From positions 62,001 through 126,000 of the forward strand of contig CBFFRP010000186.1 of the NCBI GenBank assembly GCA_965644295.1: 64,000 nt of DNA, in the 5' to 3' direction. The DNA is from Paraphysomonas bandaiensis (Eukaryota; Protista; Chrysophyceae). Position numbers and translations under genes: made by a program. The notes beneath the pieces were generated by a model that searched no databases, was not told where the DNA came from, and was given only the letters and a program-made list of their open reading frames with translations. Below, in pieces: positions 35,654 through 48,535 of the stretch; the first letter of the stretch is position 1, and every line of letters starts with the position of its first letter.

Positions 35654-38025
35654 ATGAGAGGCTGTATGAGTGTCGTTATTCTTATGGCAGGAGCTGCACT
35701 GTCACTGTCACTGTCATCTCATTGTGATGATGATGCATCTCATGCATATCACGATGAGGAATATCATAACGAGGGATCTAATTCATCTGATGCATCTCTC
35801 CATATATCTCAAGCATATCATGCATCTGCGTCTGTCGTAACAGTTCAAAATCAGATCAATGACGATGATTTATATGATTTCTTTGCATCTTTTGGGCTCT
35901 ATATGATCGACCATACAACCTTTCAACATACGGGAGATACACAGCAGTATACAGTGACATCTTCAGAGAAGTATGCAGCATATGTTTGTGGAGCAGAAGG
36001 AGGGACTTCTGTTCAGTGGTCTCGCAATGGAGAGACCAACCCTGGAGGTATGGGAGGATGCATTTTGGCAGATTTGGATGTGTCAATTGGACAAGTGCTT
36101 GATGTAAATGTCGGTGGAGAAGGACAGGGGTCATATCGGGAATCGTCATTTCCTGCCGTATTCAATGGTGGCGGATATTCTGGATTTAACTACTATTGTG
36201 GGTCCAGTGGAGGCGGTGGTACAGATATTAGACCAACCGGAGGTTCATTATACACCAGAATGATAGTCGGTGCAGGGGGTGGCGGAGGTGCAGGGAACGG
36301 TGTTAGGCTGAATCTTGATGGTGGCGATGGAGGAGAATACACGGGAATGTATGCTTCAGGTTCATCTTTCAATAACGGTCGTAATTCTGGTGGCGGAACA
36401 CAATCATCTGGTGGTGAGGGTGGAGGTTCGTATTATAATTTCGGTTCAGCTGGATCTTTTGGTTCCGGGGGCTCTGCTTACTATCGTACTTGTGGTGGTG
36501 GGGGAGGTGGAGGATATTACGGCGGTGGAGGTGGATTCTGGGTGGGTGGTGGAGGAGGCTCTAACTACCATGCCAGCAATCTTCATTTCCAATCAAGGGG
36601 GTCTAATAGTGGACCAGGCTATGCGATAATATTCTCGTATGCAGAACATACATCTGCGCCCTCTCCTATTCCATCAGGAGAACCGAGTGGTCAGCCATCT
36701 ACTATTCCCACTTGTATGCCATCAGGAGAACCGAGTGGTCAGCCATCTACTATTCCCACTTGTATGCCATCAGGAGAACCGAGTGGCCAGCCATCTACTA
36801 TTCCCACTTGTATGCCATCAGGAGAACCGAGTGGTCAGCCATCTACTATTCCCACTTGTATGCCATCAGGAGAACCGAGTGGTCAGCCATCTACTATTCC
36901 CACTTGTATGCCATCAGGAGAACCGAGTGGCCAGCCATCTACTATTCCCACTTGTATGCCATCAGGAGAACCGAGTGGTCAGCCATCTACTATTCCCTCT
37001 TGTATGCCATCAGGAGAACCGAGTGGTCAGCCATCTACTATTCCCACTTGTATGCCATCAGGAGAACCGAGTGGCCAGCCATCTACTATTCCCACTTGTA
37101 TGCCATCAGGAGAACCGAGTGGTCAGCCATCTACTATTCCCACTTGTATGCCATCAGGAGAACCGAGTGGTCAGCCATCTACTATTCCCACTTGTATGCC
37201 ATCAGGAGAACCGAGTGGCCAGCCATCTACTACGCCCTCTTCTATCCCAACCGCGGCGCCTATAGGTAGAAATCCGACGAAGAGACCAGTACTAGTCATT
37301 CCAACAAGCCCTGATTCGGTTTCGCCCTCCCAGTCACCCACTTCATCTTCAACGTATGCACCAACAACGTATGGGGCATGTTTTTTGTTGTAACTACGGT
37401 TTGCTTTAACATATTTCTTGTATTCACTACAGGCACCCCCCCTCCTCCCGCCCAGTATTCCGGTCTCCGACCAACAGACCGGTATATACGATACCTGTAT
37501 TTCCAACTTATTCACCTACACCTGATCCTACTCCTGCCCCTGAATTGTTTGAGTTAAGGTCCCGTGCAAACCTTTTTATGTTCACTTAAGCATCATAATA
37601 TTTCATGTGTTTTCTACAGTCATCCACCATCCCCCCGCCCAGTATATAGGTCTCCTACCAACAGACCAATGTTTACGATATCTGCATCTCCAAGTTTGTC
37701 TCCTTCATTGCGCTCAACGATGCAACCAACACCGGCGCCAGTCAGGTAGATATTTTTGTACGTATAACACGTGTATATGCATGTATATTAGTATTCGTGG
37801 TATCTGACAAGATTGTTTGATGATAAACGCAGCAATACGCCTCCGAATTCTCCAGAAATTAATAGACCCACTCTCCGACCGATTTTTATTAAATTGGAGC
37901 CTAACTCCTCACCCCCATCCCATTCTCCTTCACGCATGCCTACACTTTCATCAACCCTACCACCATCTCCTGCACAACACATACCAAGAAATCCAACCAA
38001 GAGACCAGTATTTACTCTTTATTAA
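35654..38025 (+). CDS. Secreted glycine-rich (ALK/LTK-type Gly-rich domain) protein with Pro/Ser/Thr mucin-like stalk, multi-exon 3' part
   Basis: Signal peptide; GAEGG...GGMGG.I...L.V..GQ.L.V.VGG.G...FNGGG...GGGGTDIR...RMIVGAGGGG pattern; 12 x 48-bp PSGEPSGQPSTIPTCM repeats (36671-37232); further P/T-rich exons to the stop at 38023-38025. Confidence 0.8.
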
Positions 38026-38469
38026 TTAACTATTCGATTAGGGTCAAATTGTTATAATTAACGTTTCACTAAGTTTTCTAAACTCCATAAAAACACAACA
38101 CTCAACCGATGAATCTTGTCGTCTAGTCATTAATAGAAACCTGCACTACAGCCGTCAACAATTTGAATTTAAAGTCTTAAATAAAGTCGATGTGATGACC
38201 AAACTTAGAAAAGAGTCAAGATATTTCGAAAAAGTTGATTTAAATTGAGTTTTTGATACGTTTGCAATAAACACTGTAGTGAATCTGAAGAGAATATGTT
38301 TTTTCTGAGGTTACGGGTATTAACTATATTATTACTTACGGATCAAAAACGTGAGAATGTAGTGGCCACAATATTCAAAATATATGATATATGCACGATC
38401 TAAAACAGTCAATATACTTCAGTTTCACTACATAATTCTTATCATATTCTTAGTTCATGTTATACTGTT

Positions 38470-38626
38470 AGTAGTGAAAGTCTGATTATTAGCAATAGGC
38501 GTGTAAGAGTCAGAACAAATGTAGCAAAATGATTTAACTAACTAGTGCTTAACTCTGATATCCTACCATTTTTAGCGCTACGAAAGCTACTTGTGCATCA
38601 CCGCTAGCACCAAGGTGCAACCACTT
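38470..38626 (-). repeat. Dispersed structured repeat module, copy 3 (minus strand)
   Basis: Reverse complement reads AAGTGGTTGCACCTTGGTGCTAGCGGTGATGCACAAGTAGCTTTCGTAGCGCT...ACGCCTATTGCTAATAATCAGACTTTCACTACT. Confidence 0.8.
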
Positions 38627-39151
38627 TTTTTCTCTGTCCGGAATCTTGCCTTCAGCAGGCAGCCCAATACCCCGATGTCTGTTTATTCTTCAAGGCCCAA
38701 AGAAGTCTACACAACTGACACTACTTATCAGTGTCCCTTTTGTACCACACAAGCATTAGGCTATATGAGTGGCAGAACGTTTTCTGCTTACCATATATAT
38801 GAGACGACCCTAGACTGGACCACCGCCCACCGTACACACGAACCCCACCACTCATACCCACAGGAACATATCACCGTCTCGCATGACACCCTCAGGCCCT
38901 AGACAACGACGCCGTCTCCGGCAACTCCACCTATGCCTAAAAAGCCCTATGAGACAACGCCACATTCCACCTCTCCACCCACCTCTCAGCACACACATCT
39001 AGCACTCGGTACGCTCAGGACCTTAATACAGAACCCTGTACCTCAGAGCCTGGTGGCACCTCATCCCAAGGGGAGACCCCCTGATAACACGCGCCAGTGA
39101 GTCCTAGGACACACCGATCATATGGCGAAACTCACAATCACCATTAAGGAT

Positions 39152-39329
39152 GGAAGTGGTCGCACCTTGGTGCTTACGGCGACGCACAAGCAGCTTCTGT
39201 AGCGCTAAATAGTAGGGTAATAGAATTTGTGCTGATTAGTTGTGGGTAGAGGTCTAGATAGTATGTCTAGCATTCAACTATACATTGGTGCAGGTTTTTA
39301 ACGCCTATTGCTAAATAATAAGACTTTCA
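39152..39329 (+). repeat. Dispersed structured repeat module, copy 4
   Basis: Aligns by eye with 513-696 and ends GACTTTCA. Confidence 0.85.
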
Positions 39330-39345
39330 ATATATACTCTATATA

Positions 39346-39488
39346 TGCGGCTCACGTTAGTTTCACGGAGAAATATCTCCGGTACATATCCCCCAGAGCC
39401 CCTCAACAAAGTCGGACTCGCACCTTTTCGTGGTGTTCTGGGGGATAAGTACCGGAGATATTTCTCCGGGAAACTAACGTGAGCCGCA
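39346..39488. mobile_element. 143-bp MITE with ~54-bp TIRs
   Basis: TGCGGCTCACGTTAGTTTC(A/C)CGGAGAAATATCTCCGGTAC... at both ends in inverted orientation; another end of this family at 62584; TSD not clear. Confidence 0.8.
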
Positions 39489-40687
39489 AACATAGTCAGC
39501 AGATATATGTTCTGCCCACTCATAGCCCACTAATAAGTGTCACTTGTGTAAACGTCTTTGGGCCCTGACGAATAAACAGGCATCCGGGAATGGGCCCACC
39601 TCAAGGGCATCCGGGACAGGGCCCACCAGAAGGGTAACCGGGGTATTGGGCTGCCTGCTGAAGTTAAGCATCCGGGATGTTCACCTTAAGAACTCAAAAA
39701 ACCTGAAGTCAGCAGATGTCAGGTATATCAACATTCTGCTTGCTCCCTGCGTTTGCTTTGAGTGATTGATGCTGAGTATGAGTTCACATTATTCGGTATC
39801 TGTGTGGCCAATGACCGAGGTAATGCGTCAAACTTTCCTCATGGATGCATGGCAATGACAATGATGTGATTGGACCTGTCATGTCTTCTCACACGTCTAC
39901 TGCCTAGTCTTGGTTTCTCCTGACCCAGGTCATTGAGATTATATCAAGGCTCTGGCACTGTTCTCCAAGCAGTGTCAGGTACATTTGTGGTGCTTTTATG
40001 TTATTCTTGCTTAGTAGGTTTTCATCCGAGCGGGGAAGGTGCACGGTTTCCTACTAGTGTAAGTCACTCGGGAGAAGAGTGCAAGGTGGATGCATGTGCT
40101 GGACGAGTGCACACAATGGAGGGAAGACATCGGAGTCAGCTTGAACTTGTAACAGATTTTGGTAGATGTCTGTTTCATGCGTCAGTGTGCAAAATTGCAC
40201 CAGTGAGACCGCTTCGTGACCGTGGGAGGACCCGGCGCTAGAGCTACTTTATTCTCCCTTCCAGACTACCTGCTGCTGTGAACACCACCTTGAAGAGGGC
40301 CCTAAAGATCTGCCGCATATACAGGAGACATATGCCGAAGACACCGACCGCAAGTTGTTTGTGTTAGGACAAGTAGATTGGGCAGGAGCGTATGATCCGG
40401 CTTAAACACGCAACTCGTCGTATGCCCATGTAGCTAACTAAATCGTGTTGTATAGTTGAGCACTTGTCGGTGCATGCAATAGTAACTAGATGAGAGTCAT
40501 CTTATGCATAGTGTCGCGCGAGTTGTTAGGTTGGTCGCGGCAACGCACAAGCTTGCGCTTCTTAATAATCAGACATTCAATATCCCCCAGAGCACCACGA
40601 AAAGGTGCAAATTCAATATATATAAGTTGCTGTATACTACTGTAATTTAAATATCTTATAACTACAGCTTTCATTTGCTCCCATATA

Positions 40688-40815
40688 AACGTCTATTGCT
40701 AATTGTAGGACATTCACTACTACAACACTATATCTGTAGTGAATGTCCTATTATTAGCAATAAATATTTAGGAGTCAGAACAAATTTAGCAAAACAATTT
40801 AACTAGCTCTTAACA
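40688..40815. repeat. Two partial 3' tails of the structured repeat family, tail to tail
   Basis: CTATTGCTAATTGTAGGACATTCACTACTAC (+) faces GTAGTGAATGTCCTATTATTAGCAATA...GAGTCAGAACAAAT (-); the latter matches 38470-38550. Confidence 0.7.
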
Positions 40816-41114
40816 TTGCAATTGTTAAGTACGGTATTATTGAATTGACGATCATACTTTAAATACCTTACAATATAGATTTTAATTGCTAACAAATAAT
40901 AAGTAGAACTCAACATTCATGGCGACTAAGCATTTCTTCAACAATCGGAGTCAAAAATGAGCAATAGTCAATAGAGAGTAGGGATGCACATCTATATGTC
41001 ACGACTGATCAAATAAGAATGAAAAAATAACAGAAGTAATCTATTTTAGAAAAATTAGGAGTTCTTAATCAATCTTACCAAAATGCATATTATACTAGAC
41101 CAACACACCAATGA

Positions 41115-43367
41115 CTAAGTAAGTGGCCCCAAAATAGGGTACAACTTAAGTATAGCTGCATCTATCCAATCAAAATCCCTTTCTTCATTATATTCTCTCA
41201 CATTGTGAAGATCGTAAAGAACCGGCACTCTTTCTCCGTCATTGTTCGTATATTTACCAATGCTTCTCCATCTTACATTAGGATGAACATATTTTTTCCC
41301 AAATTTAGTGCTCAATAATCTCCGAATAGGTTCTCTAAATTTCTCTCTTTCCGTTTCTGGAATACTCCCAAAATAGGGCATTTTCAATGCTTCAGATCCA
41401 GACCACACTTCTACAGCTGTCATGGAAGCAAACTCGGGGTATAGAAGTTTCCAATTTTTTAGTTCCGTCCTCAAAATCATTGACATTGCGTCTGCTTCAT
41501 ATTCAAACTTCAATACACACACAGCGGAGTGTTTGGCTGATGTGGTCACCGCTAGCCAAGATTTACAAGTTGACCCTCGCCCCAAATCTTCCAGAGCAAT
41601 AAGACATCGTGTGCAGTGGGGGGGGAAACGATTGAAGTTAACTCGATTCAAAACAGCCTCATACGATGTGGGGTGCCACGTAATTGAGGTAATATCCTTG
41701 TGAAATTTGAACAAGCACTGTGACAAGCCGGGGCGATGATGAAGATAAGCACTGGCCATCGCTGATAACGCAGTACACACCACCTGCAATGTCACCTCAC
41801 TCTCGCTATGTATATTATATACTCGTGTTGTATGCAATTTTCTCTCCACTTCCTCAACAAGATCCATATCATCGTTGTCGGCGGTATCCGCCAAGCCAAA
41901 GTCATCATCTTGAAAGGGGTTTATTGCGTGGTCAAGACCTTTCAGTTGGGAAGGCGTTCCTCCAGGAGGGCTGCCATCATCTGTCTTCTTGCCACTATCA
42001 GGACTAGTTATCCGAGGAGTAGAAAACGTTTCTGAACTATATAGCCATTTCCCATCAGTGAAACAAGTGCTGTCTGCAGGAAACCACGCTACCATCCACT
42101 CCTCTGCACTGGTTAGAATACCGCAAACTGGCCCCATTCTATAAAAGCCCTCTACTAAGAGCATTTCGTCGAAGAGGTCTCCCATCACTGTCGGTTGCAA
42201 CAATATGTTTTCACCAGGCTTCTTTACCTCAACGACTCCAATCAAATGTTTAGCAACTGATAGAACACAAATATCGGGTCGAATTTGTGTCACAGAAATC
42301 CTTGTTCTAACATAAACATTCAATTTCATTGCAGCGATAATATCCAATAAGAAAACGCGAACATAGAATACAATATCACTTTCGTTTCTATAACATAGCA
42401 AAGGTTCGCCATTTAAAACACGATTTCTTCTATACTCAGTGATATGTTCACCAATATCTAGTAGCCACATTGATTTTATCACACGGTCGCAAGGTAAATG
42501 TTCAGCAGGCTTGGGAATGTAGGGAAAGGAATATGAGATTTCAGGAGACAGTCTTGGTAATCCATCCTTCAAAACAGCCGGGCCTGAATATATGTTACTA
42601 TACTGGAGGGTTGGATTATCACGAGACAATATTATATAAGAGATCGTTGTGTGATACGCTCAGCAACAGCAACAAATCACATATCATATATATAATATGT
42701 CGTATACCTTCTGCACGAGCGGTCCCTGTGACTGTGGCTGTGACTGGTGATGTCAGAATATACATATCAAATCAAATATTAGAGATATGAATGATAAGAT
42801 GCATGTGATGACGTGCATGTGATGAGATGCATGTGATGAGGTGCATGTGATGAGGTGCATGTGATGAGGTGCACGTGATGAGATGCATGTGATGAGGTGC
42901 ATGTGATGAGATGCATGTGATGAGGTGCATGTGATGAGATGCATGTGATGACGTGCATGTGATGAGATGCATGTGATGAGGTGCATGTGATGAGATGCAT
43001 GTGATGAAATGCATGTGATGAGGTGCATGTGATGAGATGCACGTGATGAGGTGCATGTGATGAGGTGCATGTGATGAGATGCATGTGTACCTCTTTGAGT
43101 GGTGCGGATTCGAATGGGTCTCATTGACGTCACTCCAACACCTGAACGAATAATATCTGACACCTGATCATTAGGATCATAGTCTGTCCCTTCCTCTCCC
43201 TCTGGATTACAGAGATGTATGACATTAATGCCATATTCACTAAGAGGCGACAGCTGGCTCTTGATGGACACTTTCAGGTCACTCACAGTATATCCTGAAG
43301 GGACACTCACTTGGACGGATTCATCCATCTCATACTTTACCCATACGAGAAGATTACTGAACTCCAT
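41115..43367 (-). CDS. Crinkler/RHS-like (CR) effector: ubiquitin-like header + PD-(D/E)xK REase + degenerate kinase-like domain
   Basis: Exon 1 VWVKY...V.V....TVSDLKVSIK...L; IRPDICV...IGVVEVKKP; DLGRGSTCKSWL...CVLKF...YVHPNVRWRSIG...LYDL. The first intron contains a 15-bp minisatellite; the middle splice pattern is approximate. Confidence 0.75.
42798..43087. repeat. 15-bp intronic minisatellite (GCATGTGATGAG[A/G]T), ~19 copies
   Basis: Directly visible; starts just after the exon 1 donor. Confidence 0.95.
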
Positions 43368-43526
43368 TGAGATTGAGGCTTACTTCACTAACACAACAAT
43401 TAAGAGAGCGACTGACTCCTACATACATACACATACACACAAAGAAGAATGATCTGAATCCTACTTCATACTAGCTACCTACACACTTCACACCAGAACA
43501 TATCCTACACAGACAAACTGAAAGCA

Positions 43527-43722
43527 GTGTGTGTGTATGTATGTATGTATGTATGTATGTATGTATGTATGTATGTATGTATGTATGTATGTATGTATGT
43601 ATGTATGTATGTATGTATGTATGTATGTATGTATGTATGTATGTATGTATGTATGTATGTATGTATGTATGTATGTATGTATGTATGTATGTATGTATGT
43701 ATGTATGTATGTATGTGTATAT
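43527..43722. repeat. (TATG)n microsatellite between divergent genes
   Basis: Directly visible. Confidence 0.98.
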
Positions 43723-43888
43723 GAGCAGTTTCAGTTCTATAGCTATAGGTATGTATGTGTATGTATGTGTAGGTGGGTGTAGGTGTGTCTGTTATATTGG
43801 AGGGGTGTGTATGTGTCTAGATCATCAGTGTATCAGTGTATCAGTGTATGGGTGTATCAGTGTATTATCAGTCTCTCCATCAATCAAC

Positions 43889-46658
43889 ATGAACACGAAT
43901 GATCACTCCACATCTCTATCATTCCTTCACACTGTAATCAAGAATAGTTTAATCCAGTTGTTACATGAGGCGGATAAGCGAGATGTGGTCAAACCCCCGT
44001 ATGGTCGACCCGCCACTCCGTCACCGTTTGTTAATGAATGTGATATTGATCCACACACACTGTTAGATGAACCAGATGAAGAAGACAACGACAGAGCTCA
44101 CTTCATATACGAATATGGGTTTAATCCGCTCTTGTATCTCGCTGATGTTATACACAGAAGTCATCCGGCTTCTATAGCCGCTAGAGAAAAACAACGACAT
44201 GATGCTGTACAAAGACTTACTCATAGAGTTAATCATGCAAGAAAACAATTACAAACTTCTATTGATATTCAACGAAAAGCAAAGTTTATGTTATCTGGGA
44301 TCACTCAAGGGCCCTTAACAACTGCTATATCGCCAACTGCAGTCCTCCTCTGGTGCAGAACATGTGTGCCGGGAGACATTACGATCCAATTATCAAAAGC
44401 TCGTTCATTTTCTACTATTAGAAAGACTATTACAGTTCATTCAGATGGTGCGAATGTTCCACTGAGTATTCAAATTGATGATTTGGATCCGGACAGTCAT
44501 TATTTTATTCGCTGTTCGATGCCTCATCTCAAAGAAACCACTGATGAAGTGGAAGAAGATGTTGAATCTGACACGAACCCTACTCACGATTCATTGCTTG
44601 ATGATTTATCGTTGACTCAAGACACGGATGCTTATGCGAAGTGTGAGTGCTGGACATTGCAGTCTATCCCAGATGATAGGTCGGGGGGGGGGACAGGTGG
44701 TGCTAAAGCGGAGGGGTCCCGTGGTTCTTATCCTATTGAAATTGTGACAATGGCAAGATATTTTAACCACACGAACGAAGAACTGTACAAGGTGTTCAAT
44801 GAAGACAATCCGATGGATCCCGGGTATGGTGTGGTTGCGATACCATGTGACCACCCTGTGTATACATGCCTACTAGGTGATATTTTTACACCTGTCAACG
44901 CCAAACAGAACCCTGATGTTCATGTGTATGAGTCGCAATTGTGGGATATATTTGGGAAAGACGTGTTACTCTCCACTGTATCCGGGGGAGCTCCAGATTA
45001 TTTCGCCTCCACATCACCGTTATGTTTAGGTTCTATGTTTCTAGCCTGGAATGATTCCAAGCATGGTGCAGACACTGATTTGAGAGCCGAAGAAGTGCTG
45101 CATAAGCAGTTTATATATGACACCAAGAAATACGAGAAAAAGATCAAAGAAAGGGCGGAGAAAGAAAAAAGAGATGCAGCTGCTGTGGCCAGCGGAGAGC
45201 GTAGCAAAATGCCCACCCGGCGCAACTTGGGCCCCCCGCCAACCTTCAATAGACCCCCTATGACACCTACTCTGTCTGCACTAGTGAAGGTAGGCTACGC
45301 GCACTACTATACTTGAAAGTACCGTGGTGATGCTATAAGAGTGTACACAATGTTTGTATGATGTAGCGTATGTATTATGATATAGAGTTACTGCTAGAAA
45401 ACTGTTGTGGTGACAAAGCTTTCCGTAGGACTTGCCCATTATGTACTCCGAAGAACATGTTCGACATCTATATAGGTGTATACAGCTAACCCCACAAGTT
45501 GATATATTTATTCTGGACTGTCGCCACGGTCTGATTGGCAAAGAGCAAATTAGATGGCTCAAAGATGGGCTGAGAAAGTCAGAAGCTAGTATGAAACTCA
45601 TTTTCTCTGGAAGAGTAATGGGCACTCATTTAAAGAATGTACTGAAAATGGAGGATGGTGCTAGTGACGTTAATCTTAATACCAGCACAGACTCTATGGA
45701 GTTTTGTGATCCTACTGGTTTCGAAGATTCTGAAGTGGAAGAAGTTGAGGCTGCTCAAGAATTTCCAGAATCCTCTGTTGCTGAAGAAGAGAAAGAAGAA
45801 CTTCAAGAGAAGAAAGAAACATCCAAAGATGAGGCTAAGAAAAGTCGTACGGTGAGTTCTAGCAGGCAGAAGTCTCTTGAAGCAGCGAAAGAGGAATATG
45901 ACGAAAATGGACTCCCAAAGAGTTCTCTCCAACATGCTATCGTATCTATGTTTAACAGAACTTTTCCAGAAGGTTACAAAGATATTAATGACAATCCTCC
46001 CGAACCCACTCCCCGCATAGTTAGTGAACCTACTGAACTGTCACCCACCAACTCACCGCGAATGGATGAAAACACAGGAGAAATTATGCCGCCATCTTTT
46101 GATTTTGAAGATGAAGTCATGGAAAAAGTGGAGGTTCTTGGGGGTATTCTCATCCTATCTTCTACAGGTGCTGCTGATTCTTTTGTCAATACATACAACT
46201 TTTCGGATACTCCTATACACCCAAGAGGGGATGTAAAGAGGGTGTTCTGTATGGAGGTTGGACTAGGGACAGCCAGTCTAGGTCCTGAGGAGGAATGCAG
46301 AGAAGTTTCGTCAGGAATTGCTACCGCTGATGAGGTGTTACGTAAGGGTAGAGATGTTCTGTTTCGCTCTAGCATGCTTCCTGTTGATACAGAGCCGCTA
46401 GCACCAGCTGACGGTTCAGATCACTCAGGACTAGAAAATGACAATCAAGGTAAAGATGAGGATGAAGGTGGAGATATATTTGAAGATCCCACTGATATGA
46501 AGAGTGTTCCCCCTGCTCCCACGTTGCAGACAGTCACTCAGCCCATTGCCGCGTCGGTGTGCGTGCGAAGGGACGGGTCCGTTAACGTTCAATTGAGAGA
46601 GTTTGGGTCAGGAAAGGTGTTGTTTCAACGACACGTTGTTACATCACAGTCGCCGTAG
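43889..46658 (+). CDS. Degenerate PhoD/alkaline phosphatase D-like protein with N-terminal docking-domain-like segment; 2 exons (intron 45290-45428)
   Basis: GPLTTAISPTAVLLWCRT...L.PDSHYF.R (PhoD N-terminal Fn3-like), LLGD, WND, IFILDCR...GKEQIRWLKDGLRKSEA.MKLIFS (PhoD core-like); FNPLLYLA resembles RIIa/DPY30/EFCAB5-type D/D domains. Phase-0 GT..AG intron. The real start is taken as ATG 43889, not the microsatellite ATG. Confidence 0.65.
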
Positions 46659-47415
46659 TTGTGTGCTACGAGCGGAAAATGTGCGATGAAGCAAGGACTG
46701 AATTGTGAGGAGCCTATGAAGAGAAATTTCGGGGGTGTAGTTCTATTGAAGTACGCTGTCGATTGATTGAGGTTCTCGCTTGATTGTAAGTAGTAGTTCT
46801 ACTGCGCGTGGTTAGCTATATGTTGTTGCAGAGAAACTTATTAACAATATGATTGACTGACGAATACGTGTTTGTTAAGTGTCCTCACACGCTTCAAAAC
46901 TGATGTGATAATGCTGCTAATCATTAAGTATATATGTCTGTAATTATACAAGATTTTCGTGTAGCTATTGCCAGTTAAACACGAACTAAAGGACAGCCCA
47001 GCTGAATTTTTATAAATCAAACTGTTTTGTAAATTTTTGTAATGATATTTTCCTTTTGTTTAGTGTTTGGTATCACTGTATCAATATCTTTATCAAGAAC
47101 TGGTAAATCTGTTATTTTATAAACTTGTTTCACTTTCTCTTCTCCGAGTAGGGGAATCAACGAATCTACACTTATGTTTCTCATGAGTTGACAGGATAAG
47201 GTTTTATTGCGGCCCGCAAGGGCCCTCTAAAATTAATTTTTTTCAGCTTTTGCCTCCTGAAGATTTTGATTTGTTAAATTATTTCAGTTATTGTTTTGTA
47301 AAGATTTAAAGATTTCGAGTTTTGAAAAAAGGAATGCGATTGGTTTTTAATTTCGACTTTTTGAAAATTTAATACAAATTCATTAATAATTTTGTCATCA
47401 AGCAGGCGATTAATA

Positions 47416-48528
47416 ATGCATGATTCTAATTCAGAAGAATCAGGGAGAAAAGATAGTTGTGAGAGCGATGATCTCCCTACAACTTTTCAGTGGGAAGGTT
47501 TCAGATACACTATCAAGCAGAGGAAGAGGCTTCAAGATGGTTCGGTGTACTACATTCTCTATCAGTAAGCCACTGATCCATATATTTAGGAAATTTGAAG
47601 GGCTATTATCGGTGCTCAAAGCACCGGAAAGGAAGAACATGTGGCTGTCCAGCTAAATTGACAATTCTTGTTCACGAGCAAGCAGAAGAATCTGATGAAA
47701 AACTGATAATTTCAAAGGGGAAAGAGGAGCACGAATGTGGTGCCGCCACCTTTATATATATTGCCTTCAAATTCACCAACATCTGATGATAATTCCGAGG
47801 AGAGGTCGTCGTTTTGTAAAGGTGTATATGACGCAAGTGGTGAAATGAAGCAACTTTGTGAAGCAATGGCGTTGAAAGATGTTTCGAAGTCCTCCATTGC
47901 GATTGCAAATGAAGTTTCGGAAACAACGCGAGCGAAATATAAGCAGCTCGGTGAGAAATTAATATCTTTGTTTTTGCTGTTTTCACTTCATTTTCTTTTG
48001 CTTATTTCGGTAGGAATGCCATATAGATATCTCGAAACGTCAAAACTCAAAGCTTTGGTGCATCAGTGTAGACGTTTAGAGTTCAATGATTGGGAAGGAA
48101 TTATATCGTCGTGCCCGCTAGTGAACTGTGCTAATTATCTTCTGCATCTGATTGCTAACATTGATTGAAGTATTGAACTGTAAAAATAGTCTCTCGTCGT
48201 CAACAGCACAGTTCACAAGCGGGTACGACGATATAATTCCTTCCCAATCATTGAACTCTAAACGTCTACACTGATGCACCAAAGCTTTGAGTTTTGACGT
48301 TTCGAGATATCTATATGGCATTCCTACCGAAATAAGCAAAAGAAAATGAAGTGAAAACAGCAAAAGCAAAGATATCAATTTCTCACCGAGCTGCTTATAT
48401 TTCGCTCGCGTTGTTTCCGAAACTTCATTTGCAATCGCAATGGAGGACTTCGAAACATCTTTCAACGCCATTGCTTCACAAAGTTGCTTCATTTCACCAC
48501 TTGTATATACACCTTTACAAAACGACGA
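47416..48528. pseudogene. MULE transposase N-terminal fragment (WRKY/FLYWCH-like Zn finger) with inverted duplication
   Basis: FQWEGFRY...YYRCSKHRKGRTCGCPAKLTI...HEC on + with a small intron; 47806-48132 and 48205-48528 are near-perfect inverted repeats; no DDE core visible. Confidence 0.7.
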
Positions 48529-48535
48529 ACTGGAA

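Noticed and set aside
39780-40480. Possible retroelement or gene fragment
   Set aside because: Short broken ORFs with no motif I could identify.
42753-43084. His-rich HHMHLITC proteins, and MCYAV ORFs at 56045-56551
   Set aside because: Translations of intronic 15-bp minisatellites.
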